In this document: positions 11,124 through 21,147 of the stretch, piece by piece
How positions within the stretch are numbered: the stretch's first letter is position 1
Layout of the letters: each line of letters starts with the position of its first letter
Notes under the pieces: model-generated
Databases searched by the model: none
Told to the model about the DNA's origin: nothing
The model's input: only the letters and a program-made list of their open reading frames with translations
Translations under genes and position numbers: made by a program
IMG/VR virus record: IMGVR_UViG_3300045988_059494
Span: 7,219-71,218 of that record
DNA: 64,000 nucleotides
Direction: 5' to 3' (one strand)
Origin: a virus

Positions 11124-11261
11124 TATATAGAAATATATGTAGATAAATTTACTTGATTTGTCCAAGGGTTTTATCAAACTGCGTACCACTAATTACAGTA
11201 TATGCTTCTCCGTTATGGTATCTATCAACGGCAATCTTGAGTCCTTCCTCTTGTTTACGTG
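11124..11261 (-). pseudogene. diverged duplicate of the helicase N-terminus (46 codons), truncated exactly before the Walker A position
   Basis: MELTRKQEEGLKIAVDRYHNGEAYTVISG... ~75% identical in protein to the 10558 copy but divergent in DNA; flanks the HNH gene. Confidence 0.4.
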
Positions 11262-11464
11262 TTAGTTCCATTTTCCTTCTCCTTAATTGCTGCATCTACT
11301 TTAGCTTTTAAATTATATAAATGCTCCAATCCCACATCATAAAGTAATCTGGTATCCATCGGCAATGTAATCAAATCGCCATTTAGTTCATGTGAGAGTT
11401 GCTTATGTAGTTGTGCCATTTCTGAAATATTCATGCTAGTTAAATCTACATATAAAATATTCAT
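11255..11464 (-). CDS. hypothetical protein (69 aa)
   Basis: ORF track only; overlaps the helicase-fragment copy in another frame. Confidence 0.3.
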   Translation of the reverse strand: MNILYVDLTSMNISEMAQLHKQLSHELNGDLITLPMDTRLLYDVGLEHLYNLKAKVDAAIKEKENGTNT

Positions 11465-11558
11465 ACCGCTTTTCCTTTCAAAAAATAGTAAACCCTATTT
11501 TGGTTTCTGCGGACGACCGTCTAGGTGCCGGGCCAGTCCGCAGTTTCCATCAATCTAT

Positions 11559-13142
11559 TTAAAAGAAATACTCTTGACGATTTATGATTTCATAGTTCTG
11601 AATAATTAGCTGTGGTGTCACGCTATTGAAATACTTGTTTACCTCCGCCTTGCCAACGAGATTAATTGTAACACAACCATTCTCGCTAAACAAACTTTCT
11701 AGTTCTTCTTCGCTAGACTTAAACTTGATACAGGTTACTCCATTAGATAACTGTATCTTTAAAGTGGGATTTCGATCTCTAGACATTAAGGTAATCATAT
11801 CTTTAGTGATAGATAAATGTTCTACCGCGATAAGCGGCTCATCTACATTCTGTCCCCAAAGATTCTTCATATTACCCAGCTCTAAGATTTCTTTAGGTCT
11901 AATATCATTGGCTGAATGAATAAAGTCTACCTTGTAGCTAGGTGAGAACTCAATATCTTTAAGAGTTGTATCTGCGTACTCAACAAAAGCATCAAAATTT
12001 TCATCTAAGATACCAAAGCCAAACGCATTAGGATGTCCTTCCGCGAGATAGATTAAACCGCTGTCTCGGCAGAAACCTCTAAAATCATTGAGTTTAGATT
12101 TCTCATATCCTCGTGCAGAGCCACTCCAAGCCTTTTTACCATCTTCATCTACTTCAACAAGTAGAGCAACAGGACGTTGGTATTCTGCCATTAACTTGTT
12201 GGCAATTAGACCGGTAATACCTCTATCAAAAGATGGATGTTCTAACTTAACAAGTAAGATTTTATGATCTAAAAGATTATTTTCTTTGATAATACTTTTA
12301 ACCTGTTCAACTGCGGCATCTTGGTTCCTAGTCTGGCGGTTTTTAACATTAGTGCAAGTCCGCAAACTTTGGTCTAATCTTGTCTCTTGCTGGCCAGCGC
12401 ATCCTCGTTTAGTAGAGGGCACCAGATCAAAGGCTTTCCAATTCAACATAGATTCGAATAATAAAGTCTTTTCTTCTAACGTGCCTACTCGCGTAATCGA
12501 GTTAATTAAAGGAACAATGTAGAACGCTACGCCTATTGGAGTGGGATTGTCACCTAATTGATAATGGTTTTTTTCTGCCATACCCTTGATAAAAGGATTT
12601 TGAAGCTGACTTAAACCAGTTTGAACAAGATAATGGGTTTCAAAATCTCGCAAATCCATCATATCTCCAACAAGACCAACTGCAACCATATCTAAGAACT
12701 GATCTGCCTTTTGTTCACTGGTTGGAAGTAAAGAATCAATAAACTGGCATAACTTATACACAACACCAACACCAGATAATGACTTAGTTGGATAATCACA
12801 TAACTGATTATTTACAATACACGCATATTCAGAAATCTTTTCTGCTTGGTGGTGATCCAGTACAAGAACTTCAACTCCTTTATTATGCAACATCTTATGA
12901 ATATCATAATCATTTGAACTCGAGTCTGGAGCAATTACCAGTGTTGTTTCTGGTGGAATAAGAGCTGGATTAATTCCGTGCATTTTGCCATTATGGAAAC
13001 TATAAGAGATATGCTCAATAGCAGATGGAATAATTGCATGAATGTAATTCAATAGTAAGGCTGCTGAAGTATAGCCATCGCAATCACTATCTACTTGCAC
13101 ATGAATATGGAAACCATCTTTATGTAACTGGTTAAACAGCAT
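11559..13142 (-). CDS. RecJ-like DHH-family single-strand DNA exonuclease
   Basis: DHH motifs HVQVDSDCDGYTSAA, DHH-like HHQ, GGGH-like region; 527 aa. Confidence 0.65.
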   Translation of the reverse strand: MLFNQLHKDGFHIHVQVDSDCDGYTSAALLLNYIHAIIPSAIEHISYSFHNGKMHGINPALIPPETTLVIAPDSSSNDYDIHKMLHNKGVEVLVLDHHQAEKISEYACIVNNQLCDYPTKSLSGVGVVYKLCQFIDSLLPTSEQKADQFLDMVAVGLVGDMMDLRDFETHYLVQTGLSQLQNPFIKGMAEKNHYQLGDNPTPIGVAFYIVPLINSITRVGTLEEKTLLFESMLNWKAFDLVPSTKRGCAGQQETRLDQSLRTCTNVKNRQTRNQDAAVEQVKSIIKENNLLDHKILLVKLEHPSFDRGITGLIANKLMAEYQRPVALLVEVDEDGKKAWSGSARGYEKSKLNDFRGFCRDSGLIYLAEGHPNAFGFGILDENFDAFVEYADTTLKDIEFSPSYKVDFIHSANDIRPKEILELGNMKNLWGQNVDEPLIAVEHLSITKDMITLMSRDRNPTLKIQLSNGVTCIKFKSSEEELESLFSENGCVTINLVGKAEVNKYFNSVTPQLIIQNYEIINRQEYFF

Positions 13143-13318
13143 CTTAGCGGCTTGTTCTATATTATCTAATAGCAGTGGAGATAAGTTATCTTCCTCTGTT
13201 ACATTAAGATAATGAGCGATGTCTTCAAACTTAATACCTCGATTAGTAAGAACCTATTCAATCGCTGAATAGTTTTCTTGAATAGGTTTGATTAACTGAT
13301 AATCCATGATTAACCTCC

Positions 13319-14425
13319 TTAATTTTTAGGAATAATTCGCGAAGCTAATAGCTTCTCAAAGACTTCCGGACCTTCATCTATCGGACTCGCCTTATAAGGA
13401 GAAATCATAGCTTTATCGAATATAGCGGTTACTCTAATAGAGTTATTATACTTGTTATAGAAATGAATTAATTTAGCTTTTAATCGCTTAAACTCGTCAT
13501 CTCCAATTTCTTGGAATTGTCGATCAAGAGCAATTACAATATCTCTCGCTCCAACCTGCTTTAATAAATCAACTTGATAGCTTGATAAGCTACTTCCGCA
13601 AATTGCCACAGAAATATCATTCTCATGACCATAGTAAGACTGATACATAAGGCAAGATTTCTCAGACTCGAAGATAATCGCTGCGTGCATCTTAGCAATA
13701 TTATCTTTACTATTGTTGAGATTATATAGATTCATACTAAGAGGATGATTATACAGCTTCTTGCCAATCAATAGAGGTCTATACTTGCCATATCGTTCAG
13801 CTTCATCTTCTGCTAATGAACGACCTCTTATGCCAATTAAACGATTATTAATGTCGAAGTGCGGGATTGTGATCTGCTCACCGCCAGGATAGTAGCCAAT
13901 AAGATTCTTCTTGCTCACCTCATCGCTAATTCCTTCTTGTTCCCAACTTTCTATTCTTGGATAGGCGAAACGACTAAGAATAATTGGGTCATATTCTTTT
14001 AGTTGATTGGTAGATTTTTTTTCTGCCATCCGCAAATTATGTCGCTTAAACACTTCCCAATCTTTCAGTTCTGGCTGTTCGTCATCTCGTTGTTCTACAC
14101 CGTCAAAGCCAAAGTATGATGCAATATAATCCATTGCATCATACATCTCCCACTTCAAGTCCTTTTGATTTTTCATTACCTTAATACACAAATCAAAAAT
14201 ATCGAAGGTAGGATCTACACACCCAGTGTAGCATCTGAACAATCTTGTATTTGTGTAATAATAGAGCTTGCGAGAACCCTCTCCCGGCAGATTATGACAG
14301 ATAGTTTGGGAGATAAGCCCGCCATCTGTATATTCAGGCTCACCTCCCCAGGCTTCAATTAAATCATATATCTGTTCAAGTTCAAGTTTCTCCTTTAGCT
14401 CGTCTTTATCATAGTAACGCGACAT
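13319..14425 (-). CDS. DNA primase (DnaG-like, Zn-binding plus TOPRIM)
   Basis: Zn-ribbon CHNLPGEGSRKLYYYTNTRLFRCYTGC followed by TOPRIM-like region; sits between DnaB and the ssDNA exonuclease. Confidence 0.75.
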   Translation of the reverse strand: MSRYYDKDELKEKLELEQIYDLIEAWGGEPEYTDGGLISQTICHNLPGEGSRKLYYYTNTRLFRCYTGCVDPTFDIFDLCIKVMKNQKDLKWEMYDAMDYIASYFGFDGVEQRDDEQPELKDWEVFKRHNLRMAEKKSTNQLKEYDPIILSRFAYPRIESWEQEGISDEVSKKNLIGYYPGGEQITIPHFDINNRLIGIRGRSLAEDEAERYGKYRPLLIGKKLYNHPLSMNLYNLNNSKDNIAKMHAAIIFESEKSCLMYQSYYGHENDISVAICGSSLSSYQVDLLKQVGARDIVIALDRQFQEIGDDEFKRLKAKLIHFYNKYNNSIRVTAIFDKAMISPYKASPIDEGPEVFEKLLASRIIPKN

Positions 14426-14589
14426 CAGTCTACAATAGAAAGACGAGTTACAGTGCCACGCAGACCATAAGATGTGTTGATAATCTCCATGACATACTGA
14501 TACGGATTCTTCTTTGCGTCTGCGCCCTTACGAGTTGCAACGAGTGCGTCAAACTGCTTCTTATTCATCTGATAACCGATCTTCATAAT
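14424..14589 (-). CDS. small hypothetical protein (54 aa)
   Basis: MKIGYQMNKKQFDALVATRKG...; stop TGA overlaps primase ATG (TGATG). Confidence 0.3.
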
Positions 14590-14598
14590 TTTCTCTCC

Positions 14599-16143
14599 TT
14601 AATTTTTATTATCCCATGCACTGGGTTCATCGTCTATAATAACCCGCAGATCCTCGATGCCTACCATCTCGTGATGCCAAGTGGTACAGAACTGAGGATG
14701 AATACGACAAGTTCCTAAGTCTGCGGTACACCATAGGAATACTCCTTTATAGGCTCCTCGTCTATTTTTATATACTGACATTTTAATATTTGGTCTTTGA
14801 AGATTTGGATTTGCTTCCAAAATAGGCTCTAGCTTTACCAAGTCTTCCTCTGACACGCCTAACAAAATCATACCTACGTCAATTCTATCTGCGATACTTT
14901 TAGCACCACGCAACAAGTTCTGATCTGGGGTTTCACTATCTTTATAATCACCATTTAGCTGAGTAGCTGACATAATAAAGACACCATACTTATTCGCCAA
15001 ATCTTTTAGTCGAGCAGATAACATAAACAGGATATTATCTTCTCTTAATCGAACTCCGCCACTTCTTCGTGAAATTTCTTCTAGAATTTTTAGCGAGGTC
15101 TGAATATAATCAAACAAGACGTATTTCACATCATGCTCGCGAATATTCTTCTTAATTTTGTTTTCGACATCCTGCAACGAGAAATCCGGCAATTCTTCAA
15201 CCCAAATTGGACTTTCTTGAATAATCTTACCGGCTTCTACTACGCGTTCTCTTTCTCCTTCAAGATACTGACCATTTAAGATATGATCCTCATTAACAGA
15301 AGAAAGAAAAGCTAACATCATAGTTTGAACCTCTTCTTTATCTTGCTCTGTTGCAATAAATAAAGTAGGTTGTGATGCACCATTTTTTATCCAACCAAAT
15401 TGTTCGTGATAAATTCTATTACAAGCGAAGTTACAGGCATCCGCAATTAGACTTCGTGTCTTACCAATACCAGTAGCCGCAGATCGTAAGTAAAACTTCT
15501 TTAATCTTGCACCTCTTGTTACCGTGTTGATAAGTGGTCCATAAAGAGGAATACCGACTTCAGGATGCTCTTCCAAACGCTCGATCAAATCTATAATACC
15601 ATCGCCTGCCTGGTATCCCAAGCCTAAATCATCTTCGATATATTTGCTTTTGATTTCATCAATGCGTTTATCAATAGTAGTAGCTATATCAGTCAATGAA
15701 GTTGCATCAAGCCAATCCTCTTGTCGTTGGCGCTTCTTAGTATCGAGTAGATTATCTGGATCGTAAAGCTCGCTTACATTTACGCCATAACTATCATATG
15801 CTCGCAGCAATGAAAACTTCTTCATTCTGCTATAATAGTAATTGAAAGTATCCTGTCGAGCATTCTGTGATGCTTCTAGAAGATATTCAACGCCTTTATT
15901 CTGCTTAAAAATAGCGTCAAATTTCGGTCGATTCGCAAGATAATCAATAATTGCGTCAATATTCACCTGGCTTCCTGTCTGATGAATATTATACATACTA
16001 CCGAATACAATCTTGTGGAAGTTCTCTACAAAGTCATCTTCGTGGATTATATACTTATCTGTATCATCGAGAATCGCGGCATTATTAAAGACACATCCAA
16101 TGATTTGAGTGATAGCAGCAGTATCAACAAAGCTACTATTCAT
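14599..16143 (-). CDS. replicative DNA helicase (DnaB-like)
   Basis: 514 aa, N-terminal DnaB-type domain, C-terminal RecA-like ATPase (GIGKTRSLIADACNFA, Walker B ILFMLSARL region). Confidence 0.8.
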   Translation of the reverse strand: MNSSFVDTAAITQIIGCVFNNAAILDDTDKYIIHEDDFVENFHKIVFGSMYNIHQTGSQVNIDAIIDYLANRPKFDAIFKQNKGVEYLLEASQNARQDTFNYYYSRMKKFSLLRAYDSYGVNVSELYDPDNLLDTKKRQRQEDWLDATSLTDIATTIDKRIDEIKSKYIEDDLGLGYQAGDGIIDLIERLEEHPEVGIPLYGPLINTVTRGARLKKFYLRSAATGIGKTRSLIADACNFACNRIYHEQFGWIKNGASQPTLFIATEQDKEEVQTMMLAFLSSVNEDHILNGQYLEGERERVVEAGKIIQESPIWVEELPDFSLQDVENKIKKNIREHDVKYVLFDYIQTSLKILEEISRRSGGVRLREDNILFMLSARLKDLANKYGVFIMSATQLNGDYKDSETPDQNLLRGAKSIADRIDVGMILLGVSEEDLVKLEPILEANPNLQRPNIKMSVYKNRRGAYKGVFLWCTADLGTCRIHPQFCTTWHHEMVGIEDLRVIIDDEPSAWDNKN

Positions 16144-16670
16144 GTATCTTCCTCCTGTTCATCTAAGAATGTAAATAATTGCCGCGTATGCTTCATCGGT
16201 TCTCGCTTAGGAGGAACAATGTGAACTTCTCTTACTGGCAAATTATATTTCTGAATTTCTACTCCTTGATTGCGTTGCTTAGCTTCCCATAAAGCTCTCC
16301 AATAATTGAACGCTTCATCATAGACATATGGGATAATACCGATACCACCATTAGCTTTTTCGATCGAGTTTCCTCGTATCTCAAAGAAATACTTCAATGT
16401 CTTTCTCATGCCAGAATAGGTATAATTATTATCCTTTCTAAAGGTCTCCATCTGTTTTCTAATTTTAACAGAGATACTGTTAATTCCAAATAAGCTCTTG
16501 ATATATGTTTCTAATTCTTTCTTATCTTTCTCTTCTTGACTTTGATTTTCTTCTACGCTCTTCGCGCACGATTCATGAGCGTAACGTCTAGGATTTGGTT
16601 TCACAAATGGTTCCATATTAGCGTCAAACATTTTGCCACAATATAAACATTTGACCATATGCTTTGCCAT
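16140..16670 (-). CDS. hypothetical zinc-ribbon protein
   Basis: CLYCGKMF...CAKS motif; 176 aa. Confidence 0.35.
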   Translation of the reverse strand: MAKHMVKCLYCGKMFDANMEPFVKPNPRRYAHESCAKSVEENQSQEEKDKKELETYIKSLFGINSISVKIRKQMETFRKDNNYTYSGMRKTLKYFFEIRGNSIEKANGGIGIIPYVYDEAFNYWRALWEAKQRNQGVEIQKYNLPVREVHIVPPKREPMKHTRQLFTFLDEQEEDT

Positions 16671-16698
16671 AATATTACGCTCCTTTCTTTATTACTTT

Positions 16699-16730
16699 TC
16701 TATATATATTATATCAAATTTATGATAAAA
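16699..16730 (-). promoter_or_regulatory. conserved extended -10 promoter (coding strand TTGATATAATATATATAGAAAAG)
   Basis: TGnTATAAT about 35 nt upstream of the ATG at 16670; family member. Confidence 0.5.
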
Positions 16731-16734
16731 AATC

Positions 16735-16766
16735 AAAGGAGAGTATTATTTATAATACTCTCCTTT
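16735..16766. terminator. perfect-hairpin bidirectional intrinsic terminator
   Basis: AAAGGAGAGTATTAT/ATAATACTCTCCTTT inverted repeat with flanking A and T runs. Confidence 0.6.
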
Positions 16767-16769
16767 ATA

Positions 16770-17744
16770 TTAGCCAGCGATCAGAAGCTCCAAGTCGTGA
16801 ACAATAAGATCAATCTGTTCAGCTTGCTCAGGAGAACATTCTCCGACTTTCTTTCCTTTACCGAGATACTTGTCAACAATAGCTGTAATCTTTGCGGCAT
16901 TGGACTGATTTGCAGACATCAGCTCACCAACAAGCTCCTGAAAACGAGCTGTCAGTTGGTCAAAATCATAAGCAACATCTTCCGTAACAACCTGTGTTGC
17001 TTCGTTAGAGATGAACTTACCACCGGTTTCTTCTGCCTGCTTGTCAATAGCTCCCGCGATCGCACTTACTAAGTTATCGTAAGTAAATTCAATAGAATTG
17101 GGGATATACTTGAAACGAGAACCTGCTACGTAACGAGGAGTACCTCTCATAAAGAGGCGAGTTTGGACACCTTCATCAGTATTTACGGAAGTAGAATAAC
17201 CAATGATGTCACAAGTTCTTTCGCAAATCAAACGACCTCTCTTATCAAGAGTAGGAACAATCTGATTATACTCATTGCCTTCCTCGTCTTTAAATACCTT
17301 ATCGGTAGAGTGAGAAATAAGAATTAGACCATAATTCAACTGGAGAATCTTGCGGATCGCCTCGTCAAATTCGGTACCAACCATGGAATAACCCTTACCA
17401 TAAGCAAGGTCGGCGATGGTATCAACGCCTTCGCGGTTGCAAATATACTTCTCGCAATAGCTGTAAGCAATATCCGCGGTGTCGATAACAATGGTCTGGA
17501 ACTTCTCCTGTACTTCTGGAGTTTTTAACTCTGTAAATAGCTTCTTAAATTCGCCCCAGCTATTGATCGGCTGGGCGTATACACCTGGCAGTGCATTATA
17601 ACCTTTCTCAAAAGCGAGAAGCAGTGCTCCCGGAAACTTACTGGCAATCGTAGTCTTACCAGACTTAGGAGTGCCATAGAACAAAACGGAATATCCTCTT
17701 AGATCTCTTGATACTTCATGCGGTTTAAGGTCTAGCAAACTCAT
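16770..17744 (-). CDS. RecA-fold ATPase (Sak4-like recombination/annealing ATPase)
   Basis: Walker A GTPKSGKTT; 324 aa; adjacent to a putative SSB. Confidence 0.55.
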   Translation of the reverse strand: MSLLDLKPHEVSRDLRGYSVLFYGTPKSGKTTIASKFPGALLLAFEKGYNALPGVYAQPINSWGEFKKLFTELKTPEVQEKFQTIVIDTADIAYSYCEKYICNREGVDTIADLAYGKGYSMVGTEFDEAIRKILQLNYGLILISHSTDKVFKDEEGNEYNQIVPTLDKRGRLICERTCDIIGYSTSVNTDEGVQTRLFMRGTPRYVAGSRFKYIPNSIEFTYDNLVSAIAGAIDKQAEETGGKFISNEATQVVTEDVAYDFDQLTARFQELVGELMSANQSNAAKITAIVDKYLGKGKKVGECSPEQAEQIDLIVHDLELLIAG

Positions 17745-17821
17745 AAATGATTTTTCTCCTTTATATATTCTTTTATTTAATGAGGAATTAAAAGGGGGTA
17801 GATTAACTACCCCTTATTCAA

Positions 17822-18775
17822 TTAGAAGTTGTAGTCGCCCTTCGCAGGAGTTGCAGCCTTAGTTGCGCCACCGGTCAATGCGTTACCACGAGAAGCCTGA
17901 TACTCGTCCTGACGTCGCTTGATTTCAGCAAGGTGAACCTCACGGTTAGAAATCATTTCAGCAAACTCGGATGCGAGCAGGGTATCTTCGCTATCCCACT
18001 CATAAATTTCTGGCTGTGCCCAGTTGATTACCAGATCACGCTGAGAAGAACGGCTTTCCTTGACGATTGCCTCGCCAAAAGCGTTTTCCTCCTCAATCTT
18101 ACGAACAATAGTTCGAGATACCTGAATACCCTGAACACGAGTAAATACCGGATTGCTACTAGAAGCACCGAGATTTTCAAAGTAATCAAGCGCCTTTGCT
18201 GGAGCATGAGGCTCGTAAACACTGAACTCAACAGGGAGCAGTGCATTGCGGAAATCAAATACACAACCCTTAACAATTACCTTTTCCGGAGTATTGCGCT
18301 CTTCATCTGCCTCAATGCGACGAACATTGGTAATTACCATATCAGTGTTGAAAGTTGCGCGGCTCTTCGGCTCACACAGCTCCTGTACCTGATGAACAAA
18401 GCCACCCTCATTGCGGCGAATAGAGACGAGCTTGTCATCCTTATCATACCACTCATTCAGACCAATGGCAGTATCAATACGAACCTTACCCGCATTTTCC
18501 TTACCATGTTCCATAACAGAACCAATCTTACCACTGATGATAGACTGAAGAACATTGAAAGTGTTGTTGGGCTTACCCTTGGCAGTTACCGCAGTAACAT
18601 AAGTGAAATGAGTCTGCACGACATTGAGCAGTTCATCGTCTGTTGCAACACTCAAAATACCGCTAATAAACTCAGTACCCGGATTCTTAGAGTTTGGGCC
18701 ACTCTTCTTCATTTCCAGCTTGTGCTCGTAAACATAACCCTCTACGTGGGACTCATTCTTCATTTTCTTAGCCAT
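17822..18775 (-). CDS. putative phage single-strand DNA-binding protein (DUF2815-like)
   Basis: 317 aa, Gly/Ala-rich C-terminal tail, gene-order association with the Sak4-like ATPase; inference. Confidence 0.4.
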   Translation of the reverse strand: MAKKMKNESHVEGYVYEHKLEMKKSGPNSKNPGTEFISGILSVATDDELLNVVQTHFTYVTAVTAKGKPNNTFNVLQSIISGKIGSVMEHGKENAGKVRIDTAIGLNEWYDKDDKLVSIRRNEGGFVHQVQELCEPKSRATFNTDMVITNVRRIEADEERNTPEKVIVKGCVFDFRNALLPVEFSVYEPHAPAKALDYFENLGASSSNPVFTRVQGIQVSRTIVRKIEEENAFGEAIVKESRSSQRDLVINWAQPEIYEWDSEDTLLASEFAEMISNREVHLAEIKRRQDEYQASRGNALTGGATKAATPAKGDYNF

Positions 18776-18791
18776 TCTTATTATTCTCCTT

Positions 18792-19172
18792 TTAATTCTC
18801 GTTCAAATTGTTTTTATAGCTGTTAATATCAAAGTTCTTACCTTTTTCAGTCAAGCTATAAATGACAGGGTTCTTGCCATACTTATCTACAAATCCATCA
18901 GTTACGAGCTTTCGAATAGCTCCAGAGATCTTACGAGATGAAATAACCATTCCATCTGCAATATCTTTTGCTTTCCAACTTGTGACATCACAGGACTGTA
19001 AGTATTCCAAAATTGCCAGTCCGCTCTCTGTGAACATTGGCTTCTCCATATCTTGCTGCTCACGCAACAGATTATAGACGTCCTGAACCTCGTCAGGAAG
19101 ATTTACTGGCTCCTTACAATTCTGTACGAGCCAATCGAAATATTCAATAAAACTCTTATACTTATTATTCAT
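18792..19172 (-). CDS. winged-helix DNA-binding protein
   Basis: MarR/PadR-like wHTH region (ISSRKISGAIRKLVTDGFVDKYGKNPVIYSLTEKG). Confidence 0.4.
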   Translation of the reverse strand: MNNKYKSFIEYFDWLVQNCKEPVNLPDEVQDVYNLLREQQDMEKPMFTESGLAILEYLQSCDVTSWKAKDIADGMVISSRKISGAIRKLVTDGFVDKYGKNPVIYSLTEKGKNFDINSYKNNLNEN

Positions 19173-19244
19173 TTATTCATTTCCTTTATTTCTTATGTAT
19201 ATATAATACAATAAAAAAGAAGTTATGTCAATTAGCGCTATCCA

Positions 19245-19883
19245 TCATGCTTCACAAAGAATTAACTCTTGTGCGTACGGAAGAGTTTCAATCCACTTGC
19301 AGAACTCTCTCCATTCGGGGAGACGATGATCGTGACGCTGAACATAAATATTCTTTAGGCAACGATAATTCGTGGTCATGCGCGCAGTAAGCTCAAATCC
19401 CGCGGGATTCGTATAAAGAATTTCAAGATATAATCGTTTCATCTGTTCGGTCAATTCGACAACAAGAGCAACCCTATTGTCCTTTACAGCCCGCGCTCTT
19501 GCTTGATCAAGCGCGTTATAACGAGTGATCTTCTCTTCCATAATATCAATAACACGAGGATCAACATATTCATTATACTGCTCTCGCACATCAAACTTGG
19601 TAATGCGGTGCATCGTACTTTGAGAACTTACAAACTCCAAGAAGCGGTATCTCTCAGCCTCTACCCACATTTTATTAGAGCAGGTTAAATCAAAAGCTAC
19701 TCTAATACCAGTCATAAACTGATTATGTGCGCCATTGCCACTCGATGCTGCTTTTGATAGTCTAGTGCCACGCTTTATATCCTACTCTGTTGCTTCACGC
19801 ATTTCCGCGGTCGTGCGCATTGGATAGCCTGCCGCAACCAAACTCTCTTCAATGTCATAAATCTTTACATTATTTACTTGCAT
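19245..19883 (-). CDS. ThyX-like (flavin-dependent thymidylate synthase family) protein with altered catalytic motif; in-frame TAG at codon 34
   Basis: Aligns with ThyX (WVEAERYRFLEFVSSQSTMHRI vs WFRHRIASYNELSGRY). ATG at 19881-19883; track ORF 19245..19715 is the part after the TAG. Confidence 0.4.
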
Positions 19884-20188
19884 TATTATTCTCCCACTGT
19901 ATTAGAATAGCCTACGACGTTAAAATTGCTAGCTAACCAACAATCTAAATCATCTACAACGGCGACGCATCTCTTGCCTCTAAAGTTATCTATATAGTAT
20001 GAATAGCTAATAAATCCCAAGTTTGATGGAAGCGGCCCCACTTCTGTGATAAATCGTTTTACCTGAGAAGAAGGAGCATTACCAACAAATAAAATTTGCT
20101 TATCGGGATTTTCTTTAGCAAGCTAATTAGCATATCGCATTAAGGTAGCTGTTTTACCAGCTCCTCTATTTGTAATTACCTTAAACAT
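19865..20188 (-). CDS. P-loop NTPase, hypothetical; in-frame TAG at codon 22
   Basis: GGAGG SD, MFKVITNRGAGKTATLMRYAN-TAG-LAKENPDKQILFVGNAP...; no ORF in track because of the TAG. Confidence 0.45.
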
Positions 20189-21099
20189 TAGGAGCCTCCT
20201 CTGGTACTATTTAGACCATAATCTTTTGTTTTATAGAACTCAATCCAATAAGTCTCTCGCTCATTCAACTAAGCTCGAGGCACTTCTTCCAAAACTTCGA
20301 ACATGAAATTATGCTGTCCAGATTTTTGCATTGCCTAATATAACTTATTAGTCGCTGGACCGTAAGCTAAAGAAGTTTTAATGTGTTGCCTAAAACGCTC
20401 TTTAATATCAACAGATTGGCCAATATAGGCCTAACCAGTGATTAGATTAGTAATCTTATAGATACCACAGACTTTAGAGGCTTTTGGAAATAACTTACTC
20501 ATAAGTGCATCATAAGATGGCTTATAATAAGTTTCCCAAATTAGCTTATCAATAGCTTCTTTCTTGAAGAAACGAGTCTATAATTCTCGCAACAGACTTA
20601 TATCATTAACACTTAAATCATCAATAGTTAGTCGATAATAGTCCTAATTTGCGGCACTCTCTTCTTGACGCTATTGAGCTTGGATATACGCTAACTATTT
20701 AGCTTCTAACTGCTCCAGTTTGTCTTGTTCTACTAGAACCTACTAGGCAATTTCCGCGAGTTCTTTTTCCTTTTGCTGTTCAAACTCTTGATAGACTTTT
20801 TCTAATTTTTCAGTTTCTCGCGCATATATTGTCTTTGCGCTCTCTTTGGCTTGCTGCTCTGCGTTTTCCCGCATTTTAGTAGCTGTATCAATTAAAGAGT
20901 TGATAACTTCATTCTACTAATCTATATTAGCTTTTAGCTACATTAAATCTAGATTATGTCGTTCAATATCTGATTCAATGCGCTCATTTTCTGCCTATCG
21001 CTCTCTATTTATTGATACTACTTTAAGCCGATCATTGCGGAGGTGGACAGTATATCCTGCCAAAGCAGCAATAATTAAACCTAATAGTAAATATATCAT
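20188..21099 (-). CDS. TM helix + coiled-coil + C-terminal GIY-YIG domain protein; 13 in-frame TAG codons
   Basis: MIYLLLGLIIAALAGYTVHL (TM), Q/E-rich coiled coil, then GIYKITNLITG-TAG-AYIGQSVDIKERFRQH...ETYWIEFYKTKDYGLNSTRGG (GIY-YIG). Single frame from ATG 21097-21099 to TAA if TAG is sense. Confidence 0.6.
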
Positions 21100-21110
21100 A
21101 ATTAAAAGAA

Positions 21111-21140
21111 GTCGGTAAGAGATATTCTCTTACCGACTCT
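21111..21140. terminator. hairpin terminator
   Basis: AGTCGGTAAGAG/CTCTTACCGACT inverted repeat after the 21148 gene stop. Confidence 0.5.
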
Positions 21141-21147
21141 CAATTTA

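Noticed and set aside
17933-18826. Long plus-strand ORFs (for example 17933..18826, 21506..21973, 26688..27191, 49822..50910) overlapping well-supported minus-strand genes
   Set aside because: They are antisense to genes with clear homology and RBSs, have no SD of their own, and are low-complexity; these are shadow ORFs.
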